This document shows positions 1 through 9,364 of a stretch of 64,000 nt of DNA, one piece after another. The position numbers and the translations under genes were made by a program. Origin of the DNA: Nitrospirota bacterium (GTDB taxonomy: Bacteria; Nitrospirota; UBA9217); the NCBI GenBank assembly GCA_963749655.1, contig CAVVOB010000023.1, positions 1-64,000 of the forward strand, given 5' to 3'. Position 1 is the first letter of the stretch, and each line of letters begins with the position of its first letter. Below the pieces are notes generated by a model. That model made no database searches and had not been told where the DNA came from. It saw only the letters and a list, made by a program, of their open reading frames with translations.

Positions 1-189
1 GAGGAGCGCATATCCGGCCCTCTCGCAGAAAGACGGTATAGAGTGTTTTACGCTGCTGTCGTTTGCAGTCACCTTGAGTGTCCCGCCCTTTCCCATTTTT
101 TTCAGTGCGGTCATGGTCATCACCATGGGCCTCGGGCAGACAAGTCCCTTTACATCCAGTTCTTCGTCGAGTCTGACTTCTGTGTTCAT
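1..189 (-). CDS. tusA: TusA/SirA-family sulfur carrier protein (3' end runs off the window)
   Basis: Manual translation from ATG at 189: MNTEVRLDEELDVKGLVCPRPMVMTMTALKKM...; LDxxGLxCPxP motif; RBS AAGGAGG upstream; directly downstream of YeeE. Confidence 0.85.
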   Translation of the reverse strand, partial: MNTEVRLDEELDVKGLVCPRPMVMTMTALKKMGKGGTLKVTANDSSVKHSIPSFCERAGYALL

Positions 190-199
190 GTTGCCTCCT

Positions 200-1603
200 T
201 TATCCATCCATGTATTTCTTGAACATCCTTCCGCTGAACCAGGTCATCAGGAGAGCCCACGCGGCTATGAAGCCTACCATAAGCATCACCGCGGCGGGAT
301 AGCCGAGCAGATCCGGCAGATAAACGTCCCTGATGTTCTGTGAGCCGTAAGGCGCGAAGATCGTTTTGAACCAGTGCTCTTCTCTCATAGGGAAAATCCA
401 GGCGGAGACGCATATGAGCGTCACCAGTCCGACCCATATTTTTACCTGTCCCTCCGCCGTCCTCCAGAGACTGTCGCTGACGCACGCGCCGTTCAGCGCC
501 ATGCCGATCCCGAAGAGCATCGAACCGAGCAGAACTCCTATCCCCGCCGGGCTTATCGCGAATATCTCGGCGTAGGCCAGGTCGGGATTCATGGAGCCGA
601 TCAGTTTCATGGGAAGAAAACCGAGGACGAGCAGAATGTACACCAGCGCCATCGCCCTGGACATATCGGCAAAACCGGAAAGGAAAGGCTCTCGAAAGGC
701 ATGGGCAAAACACATACCCCCGCGCTGCATGGCAAAACCGGTGAGCGCCGCAGCGGCAAAGGATAGAGAGAGCGCCGGGTAACCGATGCTCGAAAAATTG
801 AAGAGGACTGCACCCGCCAGTATCATGAGAACAAGGGCAAGGTAGGGCTGGTATCTGATCCCCGCCGGCTCTCCGCCGTCTGCGTGCTCGGGCAATACGG
901 GCCATATCGTCCTGGTTTTCTCAAAGAGCATGAGAGGACGGTATCCTGCACCGTCCGCTGCAAAGGCAAGGGAAGCAACCCGCCGCTTTTCAAACCAGAC
1001 GATCAGCTTTGCCCCGTAATACGAGCCTATGGTCATTCCGATCACCATTAACAATGACTGCACTCCCATCGCTCCTACGTTTGTCGTGCTGACCAGCGGA
1101 CAGCCGAACATGAATACCGCGCCGATGCCCATCATCACTCCCCCGGACACGGCCAGGCCGTATTCGGATTTATCGAGAGGCACCTTGAGGGCAAACTCTT
1201 TAGCCAGTAATGCCGCGATCAGGCCTCCATAAAGAATGCCGAGCATAGTTCCCGCTGTCGGCTCCAGGAAGGGATTGGGATACTGTCTGAAAAAGTTGAT
1301 CGTTACACCGTCGGGCCAGGTGTACCCTGAAAAGGGGTAATGGGGGAGCCCGATGTAGCTCAGGCCGTTGTTTATTATTCCTCCCAACTCCTTTAATCCC
1401 AGGAAGGTGCCGAGGGGTTTTGCCTGATCATAGGGATTCTGTCCGGCAACAGTCCTGGCCAGGGACCATACGGCGACCCCGTATGCCATTACTCCGGAGA
1501 TCGCCATGAATATCCCGGCCAGCCACAGCGGCCATTTCTCCCTGAAGAACTTCTTGTTCCAGGCTTTCCACCAGCCTCTTACCCCGAACTCGAAATCTTC
1601 CAT
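200..1603 (-). CDS. YeeE/YedE-family sulfur (thiosulfate) transporter
   Basis: 467 aa with many TM helices; Cys motifs FGCP, GFAMQRGGMCF and GMALNGAC; adjacent to TusA. Confidence 0.85.
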   Translation of the reverse strand: MEDFEFGVRGWWKAWNKKFFREKWPLWLAGIFMAISGVMAYGVAVWSLARTVAGQNPYDQAKPLGTFLGLKELGGIINNGLSYIGLPHYPFSGYTWPDGVTINFFRQYPNPFLEPTAGTMLGILYGGLIAALLAKEFALKVPLDKSEYGLAVSGGVMMGIGAVFMFGCPLVSTTNVGAMGVQSLLMVIGMTIGSYYGAKLIVWFEKRRVASLAFAADGAGYRPLMLFEKTRTIWPVLPEHADGGEPAGIRYQPYLALVLMILAGAVLFNFSSIGYPALSLSFAAAALTGFAMQRGGMCFAHAFREPFLSGFADMSRAMALVYILLVLGFLPMKLIGSMNPDLAYAEIFAISPAGIGVLLGSMLFGIGMALNGACVSDSLWRTAEGQVKIWVGLVTLICVSAWIFPMREEHWFKTIFAPYGSQNIRDVYLPDLLGYPAAVMLMVGFIAAWALLMTWFSGRMFKKYMDG

Positions 1604-1630
1604 TCTATGAAGTTCCTCCTTAATTGATTT

Positions 1631-2134
1631 TCAATCCCGCGGGGCTCCACTCGAGCCGGGGACAAACCGCCTACACCGGCGGGCAAAAGCATGAAGGGAA
1701 TTGACCCCTTTTCCGATTTCTTTTCCTGTAGCCGCATCAACTGCGATGATCGGCATGTCGAATTTGCCGAGGGGCATTCCCGGGGGGACGGTGAAAAGCA
1801 CCTTGGAGGAGGCGAGTCCGCCCTGTACCTCAACCTCGCCGGACTCCACTTTAATTCCCATGTTGACAAACTTTTTCGGAATTCCGAATTTCACTTTTGC
1901 GGCAGTGCCGCCTGGAACAGTGAATTCAAACTTCAAAGCAGCCCCCCTTCCCAGCGCTATCTGCGCCCTCGTGATATTGGGCCTGTTTGCGTGCCATGCA
2001 AAGGCGGGAGTTTCTGCGGCGCCTGCCGGGCTGATTCCTAAAACGTTGCCGTCCATAAGACCGGTCTCTCCTCGCCCCATGAAAACAGCGACCAATAAAG
2101 CCAATCCGAAAATCATGCGTTTCTTTAAAAGCAT
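1631..2134 (-). CDS. Exported hypothetical protein, paralog of 2164-2658; probable frameshift near 1705
   Basis: RBS AAGGAGG before ATG 2134; signal-peptide-like N-terminus; shares KVKFGI...F(T/N)(V/I)PxGMPLG with the neighbour; an alternative frame after ~1705 restores GSIPFMLLPAG, matching the paralog's GILPFILLPSG. Confidence 0.6.
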   Translation of the reverse strand: MLLKKRMIFGLALLVAVFMGRGETGLMDGNVLGISPAGAAETPAFAWHANRPNITRAQIALGRGAALKFEFTVPGGTAAKVKFGIPKKFVNMGIKVESGEVEVQGGLASSKVLFTVPPGMPLGKFDMPIIAVDAATGKEIGKGVNSLHAFARRCRRFVPGSSGAPRD

Positions 2135-2163
2135 CGTTTTATTCCTCCTTAGCAGTGTTCTCA

Positions 2164-2658
2164 TCAGCACATACATTCCAGACCTGAAGGCAAAAGAATA
2201 AAGGGCAAAATCCCCGTTCCGATCAGCCGGTCCGTGCCGATTTCTATGACGCGGATCGCGAGATTGTGCCTGCCCAGCGGCATCCCCCGGGGAATATTAA
2301 ACTCCGCAAACGAACCTGCAATTCCCTCATGCACAGCAACTTCTTCCGGTGAGATAGTGATGCCGATGGAGCGGTCCTTTCGGGAGATTCCGAATTTGAT
2401 TCGGGAGACATTTTCTCCGGTCCTGATCCGGAAAGATATCCTCTCCGGTTTTCCGTTTACGACCTTTACGACATGTCCCGGCACTTCAGACTCCCATTCC
2501 AGCCTCAGGTTACTCCCCGAATAGGACTCACCGGCTGCAGCCTCTTGCGGAACAGAGGGGACTCCGAAGGAGAGTCCGAAAAAAAGCACGAGGGGAAAAA
2601 TACGCCTGATCCGGGCTTTTATCCGTGTGCTGTTCAGATCACTGAAAGACAATTTCAC
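2164..2658 (-). CDS. Exported hypothetical protein, beta-rich, C-terminal CMC
   Basis: Hydrophobic N-terminal segment followed by an AAA cleavage-like site; ends LECMC; paralogous to 1631-2134. Confidence 0.65.
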   Translation of the reverse strand: MKLSFSDLNSTRIKARIRRIFPLVLFFGLSFGVPSVPQEAAAGESYSGSNLRLEWESEVPGHVVKVVNGKPERISFRIRTGENVSRIKFGISRKDRSIGITISPEEVAVHEGIAGSFAEFNIPRGMPLGRHNLAIRVIEIGTDRLIGTGILPFILLPSGLECMC

Positions 2659-2827
2659 CCGCCTTATCGTCGGAACTCCCGGCCGGTTCCAAATTCATCT
2701 TTATTTTTCCCAGCTCAACCATGGGCTTATTAAGCGGCGGGAGCATGAAAGCCAGCGAGAAAAAAGCTATCAGGACCGCCACCCACAGCCATGGCAGCGT
2801 AAGGCCGCCTTTTACACCTTGAGACAT
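2639..2827 (-). CDS. Small single-TM membrane protein (62 aa)
   Basis: Strong RBS AAAGGAGGAG before ATG; one hydrophobic helix; overlaps the next gene as in an operon. Confidence 0.55.
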   Translation of the reverse strand: MSQGVKGGLTLPWLWVAVLIAFFSLAFMLPPLNKPMVELGKIKMNLEPAGSSDDKAGEIVFQ

Positions 2828-2907
2828 TTTCTCCTCCTTTCCGGTTCTGTTGTTGTCAAGATTTAACGGGCACGTCTCTTACTAGAATCAAAGACAAATC
2901 GATCTCC

Positions 2908-2987
2908 CGCCAAGACGCCAAGGCGCAAAGGAAACAAGACCGGAATCATGCATTTTGCCTTCTTCGCGACTTTGCGGCTTTGCGCAA
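2908..2987. repeat. Intergenic inverted ~9-mer repeat hairpin
   Basis: GCCAAGACGCCAAGGCGCAAAG ... CTTCGCGACTTTGCGGCTTTGCGC; same family at 50860-50958. Confidence 0.6.
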
Positions 2988-3048
2988 CATTGGTTTTGCT
3001 TTGCGTTCGAACTTGACTCAAATTTTAGATTGACGCAGTAAAGTATCT

Positions 3049-3624
3049 TTAACCATTCAGCTTTTCGGCACACCTGCCGCAAAATTGCTTCTGCTTGTAA
3101 TCGGTATCCGCTACATTGAAAGAAAAAAACATAGCGCATTTCTGGTCTTTGCAGTGTGAAAGCCCGTATAAATGGCCCAACTCGTGTACGACTGTCTTCA
3201 AGGTCCTTTCAAATGCACGGCGATCCGATCGTGTGACTTTTTTCTTTCCAAGGAAACGATGCAGGGAGACTACTGAGACGCCGTTTTCGGGGTCCGAGAG
3301 GCCGAATACAAAATTCAGACCGGGGAAGGAAAGGTCGGGATCGGCAATGGCCGCTACCAGGGTTTTCTCTGCCGCGAAGCTCTGCAGATACTGAAGAAAT
3401 TCCCGCGCCGGGTATTGCCGGTCCGGTGATGCCGATGCGTGGGGGAAAGGGACTTTGAGCACCGTCGTTTCCGCGCGGAACACCTGCCCTATGAGCAACT
3501 TCATTTCATCAGCAAGTGGATCAGGCAGATCGCAGGTATTTACGAGCAGGATTTTTGTATCTCGTTTTCTTCGCTTGACGAGGCGTAGTTTCCTCTGAAG
3601 AAAAGGAAGCGGACAGCTGCTCAT
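3049..3624 (-). CDS. Archaemetzincin-like Zn metalloprotease (peptidase M54)
   Basis: HELGHLYGLSHC zinc motif followed by CAM and FCGRC Cys cluster, plus NFVFG motif. Confidence 0.85.
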   Translation of the reverse strand: MSSCPLPFLQRKLRLVKRRKRDTKILLVNTCDLPDPLADEMKLLIGQVFRAETTVLKVPFPHASASPDRQYPAREFLQYLQSFAAEKTLVAAIADPDLSFPGLNFVFGLSDPENGVSVVSLHRFLGKKKVTRSDRRAFERTLKTVVHELGHLYGLSHCKDQKCAMFFSFNVADTDYKQKQFCGRCAEKLNG

Positions 3625-3670
3625 GAGCCGATGACGAAACGATCATTGCTCCCCCTTGGTTGCAGGATAT

Positions 3671-3687
3671 TGCAAGAGCAATGCCGG
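3671..3687 (-). promoter_or_regulatory. Sigma54 -24/-12 promoter
   Basis: Minus strand CCGGCATTGCTCTTGCA: GG-N10-GC spacing, ~45 nt upstream of the ATG at 3624; sigma54 activator gene immediately upstream. Confidence 0.7.
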
Positions 3688-3825
3688 ACAACACAGGAGA
3701 GGGTTACAGGTTCAGATTAAGGGCAGGGGTTTCAGGTTTTTTTCTTTAATCACAAAGTCTTACAGGATGGCCAGGCTCAAACAGAAAAAAGCCTTTTGAG
3801 AGAAAGGGAAACGGAGAGGATCATC

Positions 3826-3869
3826 ATTTCATTTCAGAATGAAAGGACCATTTCACCTTGAAATGAAAT
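3826..3869. promoter_or_regulatory. Candidate enhancer (UAS) pair for the NtrC-type regulator
   Basis: TTTCATTTCAGAATGAAA and TTTCACCTTGAAATGAAA are near-inverted copies, ~140-180 bp upstream of the sigma54 site and overlapping the regulator's 3' end. Confidence 0.5.
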
Positions 3870-5222
3870 CATCTGCATTTTCAGCTTTTTCAGTTTTCTC
3901 CAAAGGGTCGGCGTGCTGATGCCCAGTGCTTCTGCGGCCCTTGCCTTGTGCCCCCCGAAAGTTTTCAGTGCACTTATTATTGCCGATATCTCCATACGCT
4001 CAAGATCGAGTGCTCCGTTCCCGGCGGGGGAAGCTTGCGGCCGCTTTGCCCTCGTGTCCTCGGGGAGGCAATCCGGTGTGATCTCCTGTTCCGGCGAGGC
4101 CATTATTACTGCATGTTCGATCGCATTTTCGAGCTCCCTTACATTTCCGGGCCAATAGTAATCCGTAAGGGCTTTCAATGTCTCCTGATGAAGACCGGTT
4201 ATCTTTTTTGCGCAGCGGCGTGAGTATTTATCGAGAAAGTGACGGGCCAGCAGCGGAATATCATCCGGCCGTTCCCTGAGCGGCGGTATGTCGATAGCCA
4301 TTACATTGAGCCGGTAAAAGAGGTCCGGTCTGAACCTGCCCTTTTCGGCCTCCGACTTGAGATCGGTATTCGATGCGGCGATCACCCGCACATCCACTCG
4401 TAAGGGCTCGACCCCGCCGACCCGCAGGATCGTCCCGTCCTGCAAAACCCGCAGCAGTTTTATCTGGACCGCCTCGGATGCGTTGTTTATCTCATCCAGA
4501 AAGAGTGTCCCGCCTCCGGCTGTCTCGAAGAGGCCTGCCTTCTGCCGTACCGCTCCGGTAAAAGCGCCTTTCTCATAGCCGAAGAGCTCTGCCTCCAGCA
4601 GGGTCTCCGCGAGCGCTCCGCAATTGACCGGCAGGAATCTCGCGGCCGCCCTGCTGCTCAGCCGGTGAACGAGTCTCGCAACCATCTCCTTCCCGGTGCC
4701 GGTTTCTCCCTGTACAAGGACGGTGGAATCGAAAGGGGCGACCTTCCTTGCAAGCTCTTTCACCTTGAGGATCTGTTTTGAACTTCCGACGATCTCGTCA
4801 TCCGAGCAGTTCTCCAGAGCTGCTGAGAGCCGGAGATTCTCATCGACCAGGGCCCGGAACTCGGTCGCCCTCTTTACGATGAGCATCAGCTCCTCGGGCT
4901 CGAAGGGCTTCTGTATATAATCGTATGCGCCTATCTTGATCGCCTGCACGGCGGATCTGACCGAAGCATACCCGGTCATGATGATCACCGGGATCTGCCT
5001 GTCCTTTTCATGCACACGGCCAAGAAGATCCATCCCGTCCCCGTCCGGCATCCTCAGATCGGTCAGCACCGCATCGAAGGAATGGGCAGCGAGCTGCGAT
5101 ACTGCCTCGCTGAGCCCGCCTGCTACAGAGACCGAATATCCGTCCTTCTCCAGATATTCTTTGATCAATGCCCTCATCCTGGGGTCGTCCTCTACTACCA
5201 GTATCCTCGGCATCTCTTTCAC
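3834..5222 (-). CDS. Sigma54-dependent response regulator (REC-AAA+-HTH, NtrC/AtoC family)
   Basis: REC domain, GETGTGKE Walker A, GAFTGA, WPGNVRELEN, Fis-type HTH. Confidence 0.95.
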   Translation of the reverse strand: MKEMPRILVVEDDPRMRALIKEYLEKDGYSVSVAGGLSEAVSQLAAHSFDAVLTDLRMPDGDGMDLLGRVHEKDRQIPVIIMTGYASVRSAVQAIKIGAYDYIQKPFEPEELMLIVKRATEFRALVDENLRLSAALENCSDDEIVGSSKQILKVKELARKVAPFDSTVLVQGETGTGKEMVARLVHRLSSRAAARFLPVNCGALAETLLEAELFGYEKGAFTGAVRQKAGLFETAGGGTLFLDEINNASEAVQIKLLRVLQDGTILRVGGVEPLRVDVRVIAASNTDLKSEAEKGRFRPDLFYRLNVMAIDIPPLRERPDDIPLLARHFLDKYSRRCAKKITGLHQETLKALTDYYWPGNVRELENAIEHAVIMASPEQEITPDCLPEDTRAKRPQASPAGNGALDLERMEISAIISALKTFGGHKARAAEALGISTPTLWRKLKKLKMQMISFQGEMVLSF

Positions 5223-6517
5223 CTTTCCCGGACAGGGACACTGAAGAAGATCCTGGTCCCCCTGCCCGGCTCGCTTTCCACTCCTATCGACCCGTCATGC
5301 GCATTGATGATCCCGGCGCATATTGAAAGGCCGAGACCGACACCCTTGCCGACGGGCTTGGTGGTGAAAAACGGATCGAAGATCTTCTGCACCACGGAAT
5401 CCGGAATGCCTGAGCCGTTGTCCGTCACGCTGATTTCTATCTCTTTACCTTTCAAGCCGGTTTCTATTATCAGCAGAGGGTCGCTTATGCCCTCCATTGC
5501 GTGTATCGCGTTCCGTATCAGATTGTCGATCACCTGGCCTATCCGCACGGGATCGGCCTTTGTGGCGGGGAGATCCCCTGACTTCACATCGACACGGACG
5601 CCTCTCGCCTGGAGGAGCATGGAATTCGCGTTTACCGCTTTTGCTATTACCTCGGTCAGATCCACCGGTTCAAAAGCAGGACTCGACTGTCGTGAGAACT
5701 CCAGGAGCCCCTTGATTATCTCGCTTCCCTTTCGGGCCTGTTCCGCTATTATTTCGAGCCTTTCTTTCTGCTTCTCCGTCAGGTCGCCTTCCATAAGGAG
5801 CATCTTGGAATAACCGAGTATGTTGCCGAGCGGGTTGTTTATCTCATGGGCAAGCCCCGCGCCGAGGAGACCGACTGCTGCGAGTTTCTCCGCCTGCCTC
5901 CTCCCCTCCTCCGCTTTCTTCTTTTCAGTCACATCGACCGAGACCTCGATTATCGCGGTGAGCCGGCCGTCTGCGTCCTTCAGCGGAGAGGTCACTATCT
6001 GAAAATACCTCCCCTTCTTTTTTATCTCACGTATGAAGACCGACCGCCCCGTCTCTATGGTCTCGATGGCAGGGCACGCCAGGGCCGGAGAATCATTCCC
6101 GCAGTAGACCTCGTAACAGTACCTGCCTCTCAGATCCCCTTTGTTCTCGGAGGCCAGCAGTTCTCTCTGTTTTTCATTGCAGTTTATCACCCTGAGCTCC
6201 GGGTCGATTATTGAAATGCAGACCCCGGCCGTATCGAAGACGGCCTGGAGCTGGTCCTTCGCAACGCGCAGTTTCTTATTGGTGTCCCTCAGGTGATCAA
6301 GGACCTGCTCGAAGGAACAGGCGATCGTGCCTATCGGATCGAGATCCAGAAGGCTCTTTTCGTCGAGCATCTCCGTATCGAGCGGCTTGGTACCCATGAC
6401 GACGAGCAGCTGGTTTATCTTCTCGCGTATATAGGACTCAAACCTCCCGCCTGCAGCCTGGCCGGCCACGGCGCCGCCGTACCCGTTTTCCCGGTCTGTC
6501 TTTTTTCTATTCGCCAT
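5219..6517 (-). CDS. Cytoplasmic PAS sensor histidine kinase
   Basis: AHEINNPL H-box, N/G/F boxes (DPFFTTK, GLGLS); PAS with CYEVYC...ACP; no TM segment. Confidence 0.92.
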   Translation of the reverse strand: MANRKKTDRENGYGGAVAGQAAGGRFESYIREKINQLLVVMGTKPLDTEMLDEKSLLDLDPIGTIACSFEQVLDHLRDTNKKLRVAKDQLQAVFDTAGVCISIIDPELRVINCNEKQRELLASENKGDLRGRYCYEVYCGNDSPALACPAIETIETGRSVFIREIKKKGRYFQIVTSPLKDADGRLTAIIEVSVDVTEKKKAEEGRRQAEKLAAVGLLGAGLAHEINNPLGNILGYSKMLLMEGDLTEKQKERLEIIAEQARKGSEIIKGLLEFSRQSSPAFEPVDLTEVIAKAVNANSMLLQARGVRVDVKSGDLPATKADPVRIGQVIDNLIRNAIHAMEGISDPLLIIETGLKGKEIEISVTDNGSGIPDSVVQKIFDPFFTTKPVGKGVGLGLSICAGIINAHDGSIGVESEPGRGTRIFFSVPVRER

Positions 6518-6752
6518 CCCTGTACTCCATGCGTATCTCGTAGTAGTTCTTCACCTTCGAGACATTGACGTGATACCCCATCGCAGATACAGCGTCGGGG
6601 ATGGTCCTTGTCGCGTCCCGGTGGTCGGTCCTGACCAGGAGCATCGCCTCCCTTGACCTGAGCAATTCCTTCCTGCTGTAAATTTCCTTCAGGGTTACGA
6701 GCAGGCATGCCGGACATATCTGTCCCCGTATGTCGAGTACCAGTTCCCGCAT
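6507..6752 (-). CDS. TusA-family sulfur carrier protein
   Basis: MRELVLDIRGQICPAC...RTDH...TIP; RBS AAGGAG; lies between YeeE and the kinase. Confidence 0.8.
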   Translation of the reverse strand: MRELVLDIRGQICPACLLVTLKEIYSRKELLRSREAMLLVRTDHRDATRTIPDAVSAMGYHVNVSKVKNYYEIRMEYRDGE

Positions 6753-6784
6753 GGGATTTACTCCTTTCCGGTTTTTATCGTGCA

Positions 6785-7883
6785 TCAGCGGATCACCTTC
6801 TTCAGTGCAAGCGTTCCAAGATATGCGCCGGGCAAAAGCCCCGCGAGAAAGAGCAGGCTTTGCAGGGCAAAGACCGGAAGCCCTCCGAGGAGATGCCAGA
6901 GATTGCACCCCGAAGAAGCAAATGCGCCCACTGCCATGAGGACCCCGCCTGAAAAGGCGGATACGATCTGTCTGAAGGGGGGCAGAACGCCTATCCTGAA
7001 TTCCCTGAGCTGTACGGCGGAAATGAATCCCCCGAATATGATTCCCGCGATCAGGAGAAGCTGAGTCATCGTGATGGAATCCAGGCCGGGGCCCATTCTT
7101 TCGGCGAACGTGGTGTTTCCCACAAGACGGTACGAAACCTGACTGAAGAAAAGGAGGCTTTCAGTATGGCCCGGGACAAAAAACGATTCCAGAAAGGCCG
7201 TGATCTTGCCGAAACCGATTGTGACGGAGAGAGGACGATCGACAATCGCGTACGAACACGGAAATGAGAATGGACATAAGAACAGCGGCCTTCCATGGGT
7301 CGATATAGCCCTCGGCATATGCCTTCTGCGACCACCCTTTTCTCCGGTGCCATTTCCAGGCAAGAACCATGAAAGTAAGGATGAGGATGAGAACAGGCAG
7401 CCACGAGTTGCCGGTAATGTGTTCAAGCGCCGTCCTGTCCGGAGTCAATGTGGTCCTGCGAATCAGAGGCAATACAACGGGGTGAACCTCTGCATACAGA
7501 GCGCTTCCGCAGAGAATGCCGATGAGAGAGAAGAAACTGACTGTCTTTCCCGCTCCCACTTTGTACAGCGTACCGATGAAACATCCGCCGGCGAGGACCA
7601 TCCCGGTACCGAAGAGGAGCCCGCCGGCAACGTTTATAAGAGAGGGGAGTCCGAAGAAGGAGGGCGGATACGAGGAAATGATCCCCGCCTCACGGATCAG
7701 GAAAAGGAACAGTGAAGAGAGTACGATCAGGAGGAAGAGAGCTCTCATCCTCAGGAAATCATGGAAAAGAAAGATGTCGCGGAAAATGCCCGAGATGCAG
7801 AAGTCCGACCGGTGCATTATAATGCCAAGGATCGTGCCCGTGACAAAGAAATCTGCGGCAATAATCAGATCGGAAGCGTCCGT
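6785..7883 (-). CDS. YeeE/YedE-family transporter (frameshift ~7255; apparent ACG start)
   Basis: ORFs 7161-7817 (HRSDFC, GMVLAGGC) and 6785-7426 (GGVLMAVGAFASSGC) join into one YeeE; the frame extends to ACG at 7883 behind AAGGAGG. Confidence 0.8.
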
Positions 7884-8188
7884 TTGTTACCTCCTTCAAG
7901 AAGGTACTCTTTTTGAGTTTTTTTATCAACACTCTGTCTGTCAAACGAGCTTCGAAATGAAAATTATTTATGCTACAGATCGCGATCCATCCCAGTGCCG
8001 GCACAACGCATCTGACATTATAAAACAATTTATTGCAAAATCAAGAGGAACGTCAATGTCTTTATATTTCATACGCTTATCTATTTCTTTTTTGTTGTCA
8101 GTTGCTGATCGTGCTCGATTTTCTGAAATTCCAGAGGCTTTGCGCAAGAGAGATCATTGCCTCTGCTTTCGTCATATTGGTTAACCGA

Positions 8189-9355
8189 TCACGACGTCCG
8201 GAGCGCCTCGACGATGTTCATGCGCGACGCCCGAAATGCGGGAAGCACGCCGCCGATGAAACCCATGGCGAGCGCGAAGAGGATGGATGATAAGGCGATG
8301 CCTTTTGTGAGGGTAAAAGAAAAGGCCAGCTCCGAAAAGGTCTGCCAGTTCATGGTCGAGATCGTGATGAGTTGCATGAAGGACGCCAGGAAAACGCCCG
8401 CGCACCCGCCGCCGAGACCCAGCAGCATGGATTCCATCAGGAAAGCGGCGAGGATGCTCCTCCTGCTGAAGCCCAGGGCACGGAGCGTGCCGATCTCGGC
8501 CGTCCGGTTCGCCACAGCAGCATACATCGTGATCATGGCCCCGATCATGGCGCCGAGTGAGAAGATTATCGTGAGGGTGATGCCCATGATGCGCAGGAAG
8601 GTAGCCATCATCTCCGACTGGTCGAGGTAATACCGGTTCTCCCTTTTTGCTTCGACCGTCAGCCTCGGGTCGGACTCGATCCGGGTCTTGACAGCAGGAA
8701 ACTCCGCAGGGTCGCGCATCCTGAACAGGACCGAGGAATACACGGGCCTGCGGAAGGCCTGCATGAGCTGGTCCACGTCCCCCCAGATCTCGGAGCTGAA
8801 GCCCGTGGTGCCGGCGCTGAAGATCCCCACCACCCTCCAGTCGCGCATGCCGAACCGGACCGTCTCGCCCATCCCGCCGCCCTTGAACCGCTTGGCAACG
8901 CTTTCTCCGGCAATGATCTCCGACGAGCCCGGTCGCGGCATCCTGCCCTCGACGAGCCGGACCTGGGGACGCAGTTCGAGGGACGCGCGCCCGATCCCCC
9001 GGATCACGACATTCGATGGCTGGTCCGTGCCCCGTTTCATGAGGCTGATCAGGACGACGAGCTCCTTGGAAAAAAGCGGTGTCCCGACCCGGTCCACGGC
9101 TATAGACGAGTCCGTCTCAACCACCGACGCCTGATCGCGGCTGACGCCGCTCTGGACTTCCGTTTCCGCCCCTTTCCGGATCACGATCACATTGTCGGAG
9201 GACCCGGTAGCCACGAGCGTCTGCCTGAGCCCTTCAGCAAGCATGAGCGTGGCGGCAAAGACGAAAACCACAAGCGCCATGCCCGAAGCGGTCAGGATCG
9301 TGGTGAGCCTGCGGGTGCCGAGGTTTCGGAAGCTGTATGAAAAGGGAATCGCCAT
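8189..9355 (-). CDS. ABC transporter permease (MacB/FtsX-like)
   Basis: N-terminal TM, large periplasmic domain, RTAEIGTLRALGF FtsX motif, three C-terminal TMs. Confidence 0.92.
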   Translation of the reverse strand: MAIPFSYSFRNLGTRRLTTILTASGMALVVFVFAATLMLAEGLRQTLVATGSSDNVIVIRKGAETEVQSGVSRDQASVVETDSSIAVDRVGTPLFSKELVVLISLMKRGTDQPSNVVIRGIGRASLELRPQVRLVEGRMPRPGSSEIIAGESVAKRFKGGGMGETVRFGMRDWRVVGIFSAGTTGFSSEIWGDVDQLMQAFRRPVYSSVLFRMRDPAEFPAVKTRIESDPRLTVEAKRENRYYLDQSEMMATFLRIMGITLTIIFSLGAMIGAMITMYAAVANRTAEIGTLRALGFSRRSILAAFLMESMLLGLGGGCAGVFLASFMQLITISTMNWQTFSELAFSFTLTKGIALSSILFALAMGFIGGVLPAFRASRMNIVEALRTS

Positions 9356-9364
9356 TGTTAATAC

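Noticed and set aside
1634-1670. Selenocysteine codon with SECIS
   Set aside because: A hairpin is present but no in-frame TGA precedes it in the given sequence; kept only as a hypothesis for homologs.
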